Source: Blasia pusilla (Eukaryota). Taken from it: DNA of 64,000 nucleotides. The translations under genes and the position numbers were made by a program. Numbering within the stretch: position 1 is the first letter of the stretch; each line of letters begins with the position of its first letter. Shown here in pieces: positions 37,951 through 52,384 of the stretch. Location: assembly GCA_050084515.1 (NCBI GenBank), contig CM114271.1, positions 29,946,001-30,010,000 on the forward strand, read 5' to 3'. The notes beneath the pieces were generated by a model, which worked only from the letters and a program-made list of their open reading frames with translations, ran no database searches and had not been told where the DNA came from.

Positions 37951-40900
37951 CTGCTTAAAGGGGACATTATTAGTTTGGTTGTCATGTTACGAGCATGTCT
38001 TTACATGTAGAAGTACTTGTATGTGGATAAAGGCGAACTTCCATTTGAGGCGATGTCAGATCTCTTGACATCATCAATAGTATAGGGTCACCATTGACTC
38101 ATTTAACTTCCTTGCCAAAGGATATCTTTCTTTTGGGATATGGTATATAGATTGGATGGAAATTATTCATTCGGTGATTGTAGGTTAACCATGTTGGTCA
38201 ATTGAGTGTTGTCAACAATAGGTGGTTTAGAAGACCCTTTGTCTATGTTATTTTGTTAGATGGTGTAGATCTTGCGACCTCTATATGAGCGTAAACCTTG
38301 TTCTCTAGTATACATCATGGAGAATGTTATGTTGTTGGGTGACTCTTGGCCATGCTTAGTGACAAATGTACATGTGATCCATCCATTGAACTGAAAGTCT
38401 TGTTGGATGTGGTGACAAAAGAGGCACATGTGCATTGTCCAGTTCTCTAGTGGAAAAACTTGATGCCACATGAGCTATTGAGGAGGGCCTATGCAAAATT
38501 GGATCAACCCAATGAGTTGTTGGTGGATTCTCTTTTGGATCCCTCGCATCAATATTTTCCACCTGTTCCCTGAAATTTTGATTTTCAATGTTGTAAGAGT
38601 TTGCATTCATTATATCACACTCTCCTTATTGTTACATATACAAACATCTTCATATTAGCCATGGTTTGGGTCAACCAACCTTGTGTCTCTAGAGTCAAGG
38701 TCTTGAGACACAAGCTTAAAAATTTTATATGTGGTTAGACAGACTTTAGCCCCTCACTCTCAAACATAAGAAAGTCATTCAAGTTTTGGGACATAACTAT
38801 CTAATAGTCAAGGAAGGTGAAATATTGCTAGGATACTTTGAGTTTCTAATTGCCCTTGGATCTTGAGCGAGTCTCAAACCGGAATTTGATATCTAAGTCA
38901 TAGGTGAAGGTCAAAGGTTGACATACTAAGTTGAACTACATGAACTTATCTTGGAGTAAACACCCAAAGCCAACCTCTAAATCCATCTTATTCCTTTGAT
39001 CCAACTCCATGATTTCCAAGGTGGGATTCACTTTCCAAACTTCCTTGGAAACCCTCTCCATAATATGCAGTTTTAGGGAAATAAACTCCCTTCCTTTACC
39101 CAAGGAATTTTCTTGGAATGCTCCTTATGGCCATCAACCCAAAGTATCATTGTGACAATTCTAAGTTGGTTTCACTAAGAGAAAAATATGATGTTTACAA
39201 CCAAAGAATGAATCAGTAAAACAAATTACCATTGAGATCATGATTTTATTTAGGATAAATTTTAAAATTTTAAAAAACATTTAAAATTTATGTAAAATTT
39301 GCACAACACATGATTTATGGCTATATGATGAATATCCCTATTTTTTTTATAGATTTAGAACATACATGTTAAAAATTATAATCGAGCAAGTTGATTAAAA
39401 ATGCAAATTTCACATTATTCCCTCAAACTTTTCAAGAATAATTCCATGAATATATAATCTATATTATCTAAGTTTGAAATGCAAGGAAAAATAAAAGATG
39501 TATAATCTTTAAGAGGAGAAGGGAAGAGAGGAAGAAATAAAATTTCTAAGGGTAGAAGGGAAGGTCAGATGATTTGTTTTTGTTTCTTTCCAAATAAGGG
39601 GGTGGGGAATAAGGGAATATGTTCCCCGAATAATGAAGAAGGGAAATCTTACTTTTTTTGAATACGAGGGATGGGTAATAGATTTTTCTTTCCTAAATCT
39701 AAGATGTAGGATGAGTTGGATGCAAGGCTCCTTACAAGGGGGAAAAGAACATGATATTTTCACAAAGGAAGAAAATTTATGAAAGGGGAACCAAGGAAAA
39801 GTGCTATAAAACTATATGAAAAAATCATTTATTCGTGTATTGCATAAGCATGCTAACTATTATTGCTTCATATTTTCTACTGAATAAGTATAGTTTATAC
39901 ATATAAGGAAGCCAAACTATATTTACATAGAAAGAATATCATCATCATGAGAATCTAAGGGCGGATAATATGTTGATGGTGGTGGAAGTTAAGAAACACC
40001 TTTAGTTTGCAACATGAAAATCTTGTTGAAGTGAAATGAGACTACTTCTAAACTTTCCCCTCATGAAAGTGTAGTTTTGCGCTTACTCTATTTGAAAATG
40101 AGATCTCGTAGTATTAAATTGAGCATAATGATTTTATTTTATTGTAATTGTGCGGATGTCCAATCCATTCCTTATTATCATAAATTTTGATAGATGCGTT
40201 AGGGTCTATGGAGTCCAAACTTGTAAATCAATTTCTATTTCATATTTTCACTCCTTGAAACAACTATTTGCTATAATAAAACATCATCACTATTGATAAA
40301 AATGAACATAAATTTGCAATAAAAAAATTTTCATAGCATTTATGAATGAAAAACTTGTTGTAACGAAGATTTTTTCCATTCCCCCTCTAACAAGGCCAAA
40401 CAAGTTTAGCTTCATACTATGTAGTAGGATAGGGTCATATCACTTTCTATTTTGGGCTCTTCCTCAAAGTGAAACCAAATATATATCTTCTCGGGTCCTA
40501 TTTTATTGCTCTTATAAGTAAGCTACCCTTCTTTCATGGGATTTTATGAGGTCTTAAAATTTGTAGTATACTCATTTGGATATTTTATGTTCTTTACATA
40601 TAACATTATCAATTCGCAATTAAAAAAAGTTAGGATTCTCTAGTTTAGTCACACCAAAGAAATCTCCATCGAGATGCACATGATGTAAATTTCATCTCAA
40701 TTTGGCGAGTCTTCATACTCATGGGAGATAAATGTGGAGATCCCATCCCCATATTACATAGCAAGTCACAAAGTATTCGCGTTATGCGGCAATGTTCTTC
40801 CATCTTCTTGCAAGGCTACACTTCCATTGCCACTCATCTTTGTTTGTACATGTTTGAGTGTACAGAAATTTGAGAAAGGGTAGAAGGATGTCCTTATTGC

Positions 40901-43900
40901 ATGCCCTACAAGGAGACTCTTTCGGTCCAGCTCTCAACTAAACTTTGATGGGTCAATATTATTCAAGCCAAAAAAATCTACTTGGGATAAAAAAAACTCA
41001 TCCCTTTCAGAGGGGAGATCACACCACTTTTTTGTGGTGTGGAGATTCCGTAAGATTTAGTCCCCTCCTAATATCAAGAAAATTGAGATGCTATGGTGAG
41101 TCAAGCCAACTTGCCGTAGGGCTTAGTGGCTCAAGATGATACAAACTTAGGAGTGAGTGTTGTCATGAATATGGCCAGAATGTAACAATGCATTTGAACA
41201 TATATTACATTGGTTTTTAGAACGTTCGGAAAGTATATAGATTGATGTAGGATAAATAGCTCAAAATGTGATAGGTTGGGGGAGAGACCATCTCGAGGAG
41301 ACCATGTCCTTAAATCTAAAGATGAAGGATCATATGATACCCTATAGTCGGAAAATGACTCTACATATAAGCTTCACGAGGTGAAAATTTAGAAATGGGC
41401 AAGTTAGTTGAAGAGATTTCTTCTAATGTCAAATGTGGGACAATGAAAGTGGCTTGTTTTGTTTTAACTTTGTACTTTTGTAATAGAAAGACTCTCCATA
41501 TAATATATATTTTTACTCTCTAGTATTTTTAAAAGCATGAAATCTAGAAACATTAACAACCGCATAATATTCGCAATATTTTGAATGGAGCAAGATAAAT
41601 AAATTCTATGGGGATAGCTAGGAAGGCTATCTTAAATGCATTTTTGAGTTCTAGAAAGATTAACCTGAATTCCCCAAATCTCTCTTTACGGCCTTACATG
41701 TAAGCCTCATTTTTTTTCTTCGACAAGCAGGCTATCTAGGCCTATTTAGCACATCACTTTTGCCTCGTGTGATTCTGTCCACTGTGAGATGAGAATTTTG
41801 TATGGAGATATGTAATGTAATCCGTGAGAAATTAATGTGAGTTTAATATGGTTCGTGTGATATTTATCACGATCATGATTTAATGGGTGATCCGGCACGG
41901 TAGAATCGGATTTCTTACCTACCCTACCAATTTTCACTTTCACATACCTTTTACAAAATCCTGCCGACTAGTTTCCAATGGAATAGGAAATTTTTGGCTT
42001 TGATTGGCCACGGGATCTTCCAATAAGAACGTTTTTTATGTGAACCAAACTAAAAGCATTTGCATATTGTTAGTATTTTTCCAAGGGGTGCCCTTAACCA
42101 TACCTTGTACTCCCTTCCCGGTTTCTATCAACTCCATTTTCACCATTCCCCCCTCAAAACCGGGCCAGACACTGGTTTTTTAACATATAACAATGATAGC
42201 TAAAATGATCAAAATATGCGGGAATTGCTGATTATTGTATGGTATACTTCTATACATTAAATATGTTTTCCTTGGATCTAAAGAGTTGGTGTACATACAA
42301 TTAGTCACACAAGAACATGCAAAAGTAACAACATGTGGCTATAAATGGGCATGGGTGCACGTAAGCTAAGCAATTTTCCATCTACGCTAGAGGCGTGATT
42401 TATGGCCAAGTGCCAATGAAAGATTGGTATGTTTCCTTTAGAGACCCCTGAGAACACGATGTAAAGTTGTGATTGCAAATGTATATTTTATCATAGATTC
42501 TATACTTACAACCGAAGGGTCCAATGTGTGTTAAGCTAATCTTCTAAATCGATAGCCTATCTCGCTCTCCACTAACTAGAGCATAGGTTAATATATGTGA
42601 TGAGTTATTTTATTTTTACATTCACCCAATGTTTGACTTTATGACAATCGAATTTTATGAGATTTACCTAGAATCCTATAATCATGCCATGTCCTAAAAT
42701 GGATTTTCTCACAAAGACAAGCTTCATCCGAAAAGGGCGTTTGTGATTTCCTCCTTTTAAGAAAAAAAATTACGCTTGCAATAACATATTTTTTATTCTC
42801 TTCCTTCTTTTTAAATTTATTACTACATATTTCATATAAGGGGAAGTATCTCCTTTAAAAAAATTGCAACTTGAATAGAGGAGCAGGAAACATGAGCTTA
42901 CGATAGACTTCAAGGAGAGGCTTCGTCTAAGAAAAAACATTCTTACCAAGGGGAATTCTTTTCAAATGGGGAAATGAATTGGATTGAATTGAAGAATATT
43001 TTTTTTTTAAAAGGAGAGTGATGTGGTGGGAAACTTATGTCTAGTTCTCTATAGTATTATTTTCAACAAAGCTTGCAGAATAGGACAAAATAAGAGATAA
43101 TAATTTTTTTGAAAATGACTCGATTAAATTAGAATATTATTAGTGGAAAGGTAGAATATTCGTTAAAGATAGATTACAAAATATCCGTGCAACACAATCA
43201 TGGACTTAAACTATTGGTTCATAATTTTGATAGAGCGAGGAATTTCCAAAAGCAAGATTTGTAAGAAGGAGCATGCATATTTTCTTGGATCCCTAGTCAT
43301 GGGTTATGCATTCTCCTTTCTTGCAAACCAAGTATGCTTTCCAATGGTCTTTGGTACGGAGTGATGTCATCGTGATGTCTTCCGGGGGTTCCTCTGCCTC
43401 TTCCCTCATCTCCACGTGAAAGTTATTCTTGTGTCACTCTCATAAATTCCTCTTTCATGGGGTTGCTCGGCAGCGCGAGTCGGCTTTGTGCACACTTTCG
43501 ATTATCGATAGCGTAGCCTCCCTCTTACCGAACCGTGAACTCTCCTACATCGTGCATTCTGCGAACGTGCCTTTTAGCACGCTGCAAGGTGACTTATCCA
43601 CCTGGCTCTCACATCCTTAGTTAGGCACCGTACTTTCCTACCCTCATCACACATCGACGTCGCGCAAGTCCACACGGTGCCAGCTCTCCACTGTAAATGT
43701 TTAAACGGAAGGGAGGATTCCAAAGACGTGCACATAGTTAGACTTTTGGAGTGTTACTTCTGGAGTTTTGAAATGGATCACACGCAGTTGATTGAGTTAC
43801 GAATGAGGTAAATTTTGTTGAATCTAAGAAATGGGGGGCTACTATCTACAAGAATTTTGACTGCATTTACCTCGTGTATCTCATGACACCGCTTCTATCT

Positions 43901-44243
43901 TCCCTCTGACCCATAAAGTTAGGCTAAATAAAACGTTACGTTCAGTAAGCCCTAGGGTTCTTCTAATTCTTTATACTAATTCACGTTCATTGGTAAGGTT
44001 AACACTAATCGGCCAGCTCGACACGTAACCTGGGTTATCCCCGGAGTTCGAAGAGGTCTCTTTTTTCGTTCCCCCGCTTGATGCGGTCTTGGCGTTGTGG
44101 GACTCTTCACTCGAGGAAAATCAAACGCTGGTGCTAGTTTCTTGCTTTCTCCACTCTTTTCTTTCTTATGATTGTCTCCTTCCTCCCCAGCCAGGAGCTA
44201 GCCGGAAGAATTTGGAAATTTTAGATTCGATTTTTCAATTACC

Positions 44244-44434
44244 GGCCAAAAACTGACGATATAAGAAGAAGATGCTATTTTGTATTTGTGTTGGAAAGAA
44301 GAAAATGTACCGGTTCCCACCGAGAAACTACCCGGACCCTGGCCAAAAACTGACGATATAAAAAGGCGCTACTTTGTCTTTGTTTTGGAAAGAAGAAAAT
44401 GTACGGGTTCTCACTAAGAAACTACCCGGACCCT
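44244..44434. repeat. Tandem duplication, 2 x about 95 bp
   Basis: GGCCAAAAACTGACGATATAA...GAAACTACCCGGACCCT occurs twice back to back. Confidence 0.9.
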
Positions 44435-45433
44435 GCCCCAGTCCGGAGGCTTTATCTACGCCGGCCCAAGCCCAAGGCTGCAATATGGCAGATGTTCTCT
44501 GCAGATATCTCTGCACTTTCCTCCGTCGTCCACGGAGGAAAGTGGGAAAGACTGAATAGTTTGTTTGGACATGCAACATCTCAAACACAAAGTATTCGAG
44601 ATATTAAATCTCCTCTCCCACATTCACAGAAGTCAACTCAACCACAGCTCTGGGGTGACGAATTCAGGTCCAAGGAAATCAATGGCGGGTGCCGGCTACA
44701 GGTTGATATTAGCTCCATATCTGCATCCATTTAGAAAGTAAGAAAATAGAGTTGGAGAATTATTGTCACACCCAAGTCTCGTCAGAGATCTTCGCAGCTG
44801 ATTTTGAATGTCAGCCGCTAATTCTTTATAGAGAAAATATCGCCTATATTTTATTGTCGTTGACTCGGCTCACAGTCGTACAAAGCCCAACGTGACAGAA
44901 ACTCCAAACATCTGTACACTGTTCGCACCATGATCTAACAGTCAGAGACGGACATTAAGTACGCTATATAGGCAATCTTCTCCGGCGAAATCCGTTTGGT
45001 TACAAGAACGTTCACACGAGCAGCGCAGCTTAAAAGCCGCTGAGCCGAGCGTAGTTTGAACCTCACTGTACACATCACCACAGTTCAGGTTACGGATGGT
45101 TTTAGTTGGCGACGGGGCTGCCTCAAGAGCGCGAAAGGGCGAGCAGCTAACCTACTAGTGCGACCTACAGGACTAGCATCCCAGGATTCGCCAAATCGAG
45201 CAGAGCCATGATTCATTACTGGCGGGTCCAAGTTAGAGACGTGATCTATTGCCCATTTTCAAGGCGACAACTACTCCAGTACCCCGAAATAGAACACTTT
45301 GTCCTTCTTCACGAAATAATTAATATATAATGATAGTGGTAACTTGAAAAATCCACTTTATAAAGAAAACAAGTAATAGTGGTGACTCCACCCACGGACG
45401 ATCATATAAGTTGCTAGTCATACTGGTCCTCAT

Positions 45434-45610
45434 CTACCTAGCCCACCCACATGCGACACTTCCGTACCATTGCGTGATAGTGACATCGTCTTGGGTCGCG
45501 AGGACAGGTACGGAGGTTGGTCTTCCCTCAGCGTTAATTATTCCTCTGGCCCTTAACTTGTCTAGTATCCGCGAAAGCGGTGCGTATATCTGTATTCGGA
45601 ACGCGTTGGT
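45434..45610 (-). pseudogene. Group II intron maturase domain X fragment (MatR/nMAT-like)
   Basis: RIQIYAPLSRILDKLRARGIINAEGRPTSVPVLATQDDVTITQWYGSVA fits the domain X pattern I.AP+..I+.KL...G.+..P......DD..I..WY; truncated before the expected GLL.YY. Confidence 0.72.
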
Positions 45611-48600
45611 TCGTGGGGACGTCTTTTGCGCCTGGGCCTGGACCCGTTGATTCTTTTCGCTCAACCTGGGACTCTGGGTATAAGAGCTTGTGCACCGATA
45701 CGACGAATTCGTCGAAATTTCTCACCACTCCCTGGTATATATGGTGGATTTGATAGTGCATAAATGGGATGATCGTCCTACGGTGACGTTCAAAATGTGA
45801 TGACATTGAACTCATTATATCTCCTCGGGCCAGGGGCGATTATAAAAATTCCAAATGTGATTATAATAAAATTCCAACAGGCACCTTAGGAGGTGAGGCG
45901 CACTCCCACCATAACTTGCCCCGGTGCCGACGCCTTCTTCGTCTAACGTCCATGACATAACTCCACGTAAGCAAAATAAGCATTTAGTTCACAAAAACGA
46001 GAATTGTCAAGAGAATGATAAGGACCCAAGCGTCACATCTAAAGAAAATGTATCTACAAATCAAGTGACACAGGAGGGATTAAAGAATTTTTATTTTCGA
46101 AATGAAAAATATAACTGAGAAAGATTAAGCTAAATGAAAACCATCTTACGAATGAGCAAGACGAAGTCCAGTCTAAACATGTAACCAGTTGTACAGATAA
46201 TTCGAAGTTAGCCTTAAGTACATCACAATCTACCGAACTTCATACGATCTTGTACAATTAGTGGAGAAGTAAACTTGTGAGTTCTCTTCTCTCAGGCTGA
46301 TGTGGGTGTTGCCAAACATATATAACATGATCTTAGCGGATGAGGGAAATTTTGGGGAATGACATTTATAATACGTAAGATATTCCAATTTGCCTTAAAT
46401 ATGGGTGGTTTTTTCGAAAATGTGTGTTCATTAGGTTCCTCCATTAAATGGGTAGCCAACATCCACTTAATATATTTGGACACAGGGGGCGTCGAATTCG
46501 CTGAGCAACTTTGGTCATAGGATTTCGTTGTCAACAACTAAAACATCACCAATGGTATATATTGGATGCTTTACCTTTTTTTCTCCGTCAGCCGTTGTCC
46601 AACTTCTTTACATCGTGAATAACACCCAACATTTGTGAGTTTATCACCTCTACCGGTTCCCACGGATAGAGGGGATGTTTTATCATCACCAACTGTATTT
46701 GGATTATCCACTCCTAAATTACATATCCAAATCCCCAATTGGGTGTCGTACGTATGACAGTTGGAGAAGAGGAAGAAGCATGAACGAAATGCACGAGTGG
46801 TATTAGAAATTTTAGACGAAATTTATTTTGTCGTTTGATCAGCTTAATAATAAATGTTTAATTTTTTTAAAATAAATCACTTGGACCCTAGAAAAAAATT
46901 TACTTATTATTATTTTTTAAGTAAAATTAGATTCAAGCCTCCCCGCCCTTGGAAAGAGTAAAATCCTTCCCTTTAATAAGATAATATTAAATATTTATAC
47001 CTTCCTTGCTCATTTCAAGAAATTCATTCCCCCCTCCTCATTCACTCCCCTCCCAAAAATCCGAAAAATATTATTATACATATCATGTGTATTATTTTAT
47101 CTTTTCATGACTTTTACAATCTACATAACATAAAGGTTATATTCTTACTAATCCTCTAGTCAACTTGCTAGCTCTTTCGTGCAATCTTACTTATGGTGGG
47201 CATCGTTAAGGATTGATTGGCACATATTTGTAAACACTATGCATGCATGCAACAGCCATGGGGTTTTAAAAAAAAAAATCATTTGAATTTGAAAAACCCT
47301 CAAACCGACTGCCCCTCCATTTGAAGACCCTAGCCCCAAATACACCACCTAACTTTGAAAAAAAACCCTCACTGTATCATTGTTTCTTATTTGGGTAAAA
47401 GGAAATGTTCCTAACCCTCGCATCATTTGGAATAGTGATAGTGAACTCGTTGGATGATTAAGATCCTATCATAAGAACAATGGTTGGAAAGTAAATCCTC
47501 AAATAATGAAAAAAAAACATAGTTTCTTGGGCAAGTTCATGTGTAACTTGAAGATATGTAAGCCATTAGAAGGGGGATAAAAAAGGAAGAAGTGAGTGTT
47601 TCCTAGTTTAAAAATAATCAGAGAATGAATTGAAGCAAGGTGAAGTGGAGACATTTCTTTTGTTTTTCCAAAACAAGAATGTAGGAGAATAGAGATAATA
47701 AAAAGAGGACTTCCTTATCATGGTTAAACATGGAATTAAAGAAGGAAGAAAAACTCATTTATCTAAAACAATAAAGTTGGCGAGGGCGAGGTTGTTCTTA
47801 AAATTAGTGAGACATTTATTTCTTAGATTTATTTTCTTAGAACAAAGTGTTAGGAGTATTGCATTTCCAAATGAAAAAAAGGGAGAAGACACAAGCTGGG
47901 TGGGAAAAAGTTGAGTTTAAAATTAATAGGAATGCAGAAAGGACATGAATGGGAATTAACTTATTTAGAACAATAAGAATTATTCTTATGGGAGATTTCT
48001 TGTACATATTTATTTACAATGATTTTACATGTTAAGAATGGATTAGAATTGGATGATTAGATAAACATCAAATTAAAAAGGTGGGGATAGGGTCCTCAAT
48101 ACAATTGTGGAAAAACGACTTTTGAAAGAAAAAGGTAACTTAAGGAAATAAGGTTGGATTTTTCTTTTTGAAATAGTGCACTACAAAGGCACATCAAATA
48201 GCACTTTTACTTTTACTTTTTTTAGTTATAGCTAGGTTGGTTCTGAACTTTATTGGAATGAAGATCTGAAAATGTGAGCCTTTCTAAGTTTTCTCTTCGA
48301 GAATACACCTCTGCAATCGCCCAAGGTCTTGAGACGGTGGTATCTGCAAACAAGTCATCCCAACTTGCTAAATTGGTTATGAACTAATCAAAATCCTCTA
48401 AGAGGATTCCAAGAAATCTTACCACTAACTATACAAATAGCCCCTGAGGACATGTTATCTACTCTTGCTCGACTACAACTACTGTGATAATTATTGTGCA
48501 CATCATAAAAAAACATACATTATTATCATATACATACACACAAACACTAAAAGTTAACACAACATACAAGATATCATATCAATATCTACATCAAAGTCCA

Positions 48601-49205
48601 AAAATATTCTCCTCTAAATAATGATTGATGGTTCCCTCCAACCTTTGATTGTCGATCATCCCATCAAGAATCACATTAAACTGTTTGGTGCTAAGATAAG
48701 GGGGTTGGTTTCACAATCAATTACCTCCATCTAGAATGTTATCCATAGTTAAGTGTGTTAATCGCTAAAGAGTCCCATAGGTCTTTTGCAACACCTCCTA
48801 TGGCACCAAGTTTTTCCACTAAAATGTAGGAGAATGTGATTCTGAGCCCATGCTCGCGGCATCCAACAACACTATACTAATATCTTACCACCACAAGTGC
48901 ATGATTTTTACCCAACAGAAATAGATTCTCCAACATGTGAGTTGGGGAGTGCTCTTGGATATCTCTCTGCCTAGAGATATTGTATAACCCACATCATCTC
49001 CTAAAAGATATTTGAACGTGGGTCGTGAAAGCCTAGGCCCTATCTTCCCATAGAGTGTCTTTGACATGGTCTCCATTCACTAGGTGGATAGGCTTAACAC
49101 TCCTTAACTTATAGGCCTCCATAATGACTCATTTATTATTAATGAGATGTCCATTGTAAATGACCATTGGTACTCATGCATCGCAAACATTGGAAACAAG
49201 CGCAC

Positions 49206-52200
49206 TGTCGTACGCATACACATCGCTACACAACACACATCGGTGTCACCGAACACACATACAAACACGCACGATCCCATGCTAACTAATGGCATCCAAA
49301 CAACAAGAAAAGAAGTACTAAAATATCTCCAATAAATTAAGATCCAATCTCTCTATACACCATCTCACACCATAGCTCTCAAAGGTGTGCACTCTCTCTC
49401 TCATGTGAAACCAAACCCACTCTTCTAATGAGAGGCTTAGGTTACACTCACAAGGCAAGGGAGCATGTCTTCCACTACTCACGAAGGCGCTCTACTAGAT
49501 CTCACCAATCTATCCTAAAAGACATGACAATTGTCGTGCGTATACACATCATCCCTACACAACATACATCGCTGTCACTGAACACACACGCACGATCCCA
49601 TGCTAACTCATGGCACCCAAACAACGAGACAAGAAGTACTACATCTCTAGGACGCTAAGAGCATAAAGGCTGGGTGCTCATGTGGGCCCATCGTTAGTCG
49701 CCTTCCTATCATCCATGTCACAGAAAAATTCGGAATCAAAACCTACCTAGTATCTCCTCTATGTACATCTGGGACACATCCATCATCCCCGAGGAATCTT
49801 AGTGAGAGGTGGCGTCAAATATGCCATATGCCAACCTCTCGAACATCCATCATAGACTATCATCGTGGCCGCACCACGAGCAAAACTTGCAAGCTTGCAG
49901 GAACTATTGTTGAGCTCGGATCTACTGTACCATCAATGTTAGGAAAGAGACATGGCGCACAATTACGCACATGGTCCTTCCATACCATACCATCGCGTCC
50001 CTCCAGCAAGAGAACACCGGATGGCTAAACGTCACGCACTCTTCGGATAGTGCGCCCTACAATCACATCCAACGTCGTCGATTCCGTCTGCAGCAAGTAG
50101 ACATAATCTCCCTGATGAATCCTCTGGATAGTTGGTTGATAACCACCACCCCGAATAGTTGAATACCTCAACATATCCCGACGTTGCGCAATCGCCAAGT
50201 TCTCAAACGCCATGGGCATCACTCTCCAAAATAACTCAGCCCTCTGAGAACATGCTCGCATCCATACATCTGGGTCATCAAGGTCTAGCACCTCACCATC
50301 ATCTCGACGAATGGCCGTGGGTAGATCTGGCTCTCGGTCATAAAGTAGCAAGTACGGTGACAAAGACGCTAAGGATGCCTGCCTGCTGAATTTGTATCCC
50401 ATCGCCAACTGGAAATCTCAACCCCAACTCGGTTGTGGAGAAAACTCCTCCAATTAGCAAGTCATACTCCTCCCGTACTAACGCTACTCAAAACTCCTCG
50501 ATGGACAGTGCGGTTCCAACAGAACAACAAGGCCCTCGATGGTGGGATGCGGCACTCGGCGGCATACCCTCCTCAATCAACAATAAACCCACACTGTGCT
50601 CCACAATGACGGTGCGGCTCCGCGATCAAGACGGTGCGGTGCGGCAACCAGCGGTACGACTCGGAAATCGGCCGTGCGTTGCAGCTACGGGCGTCACGGC
50701 ACGATACTCGATCTTCGTTGAGCAGATACCAATCACAAAATAACAGCATGAAATCAAAACTCAAACACCATAACCGGAGATCATCTACCATTACTGGTTG
50801 ATGTTGAAACGATTCCAACGAAACGGTGCGGCGTTGCAGGCGGTACCGAACGGCACGACCCTTGATGGTGGGATGCGGAACTTGGCGGCATACCCTCCTC
50901 AAAAAAAATAAACCCACACTTTGCTCCACAATGACCGTGCGGCTCCGCGATCGAGACGGTGTGGTACGGCCACGAGCGGCACGACGCGGAAATCAGCGGC
51001 GCGTTGCGGCTACGGGCGTCACGGCACGGTACTCGATCGTCGTCGAGCGGCTACCAATCACAACATAGCAGCATGAAATCAAAACTCTAACACCATAACC
51101 AGAGGTCATCTACCATTACTTGTTGATGACAAAACTGCGATGAAGGTGGCGGCCAAAACAAAGTACGTGGTGACGATGCAAGTCAGAGAATCAACGAACT
51201 TCGTGGAAGACCCTCCACTCCATGGCAACCAAAGGGTGGACAACAAACGGTGGACCATTGACGGTGCCAGTTGACCGTTGACGATGACTATGACGGCAAC
51301 GGCCGCCGCCGCCGGCGTGGCAGCTGGTTTAGGGTTTGAACAATTTAACCCTAAAAATTGCCTAGCAATGGCAGTTTTGGAAGATTGACCATAAATTTTT
51401 ACTTGCAGCTCCAAATTGCGCATTTTTTTATTGCATAACGTGCACAGCTTCACGATCTACAACGCTGTCAAAAAATATTTGGAATTGGACGTTCCAATAA
51501 AAACTGACATGGACTGTTGTAAAGCCCAATGTTTCTTTGTCCTATACAAAATGTGGGAGCGCTTCCGCGCTGATTTCTCCCAAAAAAAATGTAAAACCTG
51601 TAAAAATACAAATCAGAAAGCTACATGGTGCTCCTGATAGCAGCGGCATGGGGCAACCGGCCCCCATAATCAATCTCTATCAGAAATTGGGCAGTACTTT
51701 TGCGCGCCACTCTTCCACACGAAAAATCAGAAAATGCAAAGAATAATCAAAGCAGCCCTTGCTCCAGTGAGCACTCCCATAAGCCGCTGAACGGAGAACA
51801 CGGTCCCCAACCTGTAAAAACAACGAGTGATCGACAAGCTCCCCCATGAAGCTCTTTCATTCTCTCTTTGTAAAGTAAGATCCAATCTCTTTGTACACCA
51901 TCTCACACCATAGCTCTCAAAGGTGTGCACTCTCTCTCTCTCATGTCAAACCAAACCCACTCTTCTAATGAGAGGCTTGGGTTACACTCACAAGGCAAGG
52001 GACCATATCTCCGCCGCCTTATGCCAAGAGGTTCAACAAAGAGTGAATGAGCTCTCAAGCTTTCTCTCTCTCCTTGAGGTATACCCTTCCCCTCTTCAAG
52101 CTCTCTCCATGGTAATCTATTCTCCCAAGTCACCTCCTTGGCTCTTGACCTGATGTAGGAGGTCAAGGGCCACTTACCAAAAATATTAAGTTGATAATAT

Positions 52201-52384
52201 ACTCAAAATGATACTTAGCTAAAATAATAAGTTGCTCAATATGGCTCCAAATGAGCTGAAACGAAGGGAAAACATGCTCTCTCAGGTTTCCTGGGGCCTC
52301 AGCAGGTCATACTCCACCTACTGAGCCTGTTCTCCACTACTCACAAAGGGTCTCTACTAGATCTCATTGATCTATCCTAAAAGT
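49206..52384 (-). mobile_element. Non-autonomous subfamily B derivative (LTR, CpG-rich leader, IN C-terminus, PHD, 3' end) in tandem with a 324-bp mini-unit (49206-49529)
   Basis: ORF 50025-50408 matches the IN C-terminus; PHD remnant at about 49770-49870; LTR 51944-52384; GACA-AT-TGTC junction at 49526-49535. Confidence 0.85.
50538..51128. repeat. CpG-rich tandem duplication (period about 326 bp) in the subfamily B leader
   Basis: ATGGTGGGATGCGG...CATCTACCATTACT.GTTGATG occurs twice; a single homolog lies at about 30040-30210. Confidence 0.9.

Noticed and set aside
43394-43408. 13-nt match to miR408 (CTGCCTCTTCCCT)
   Set aside because: Both ends mismatch and no star arm was found.
44244-44434. 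Short direct repeats as CRISPR-like arrays
   Set aside because: Simple tandem duplications with no unique spacers, in a eukaryotic TE context.
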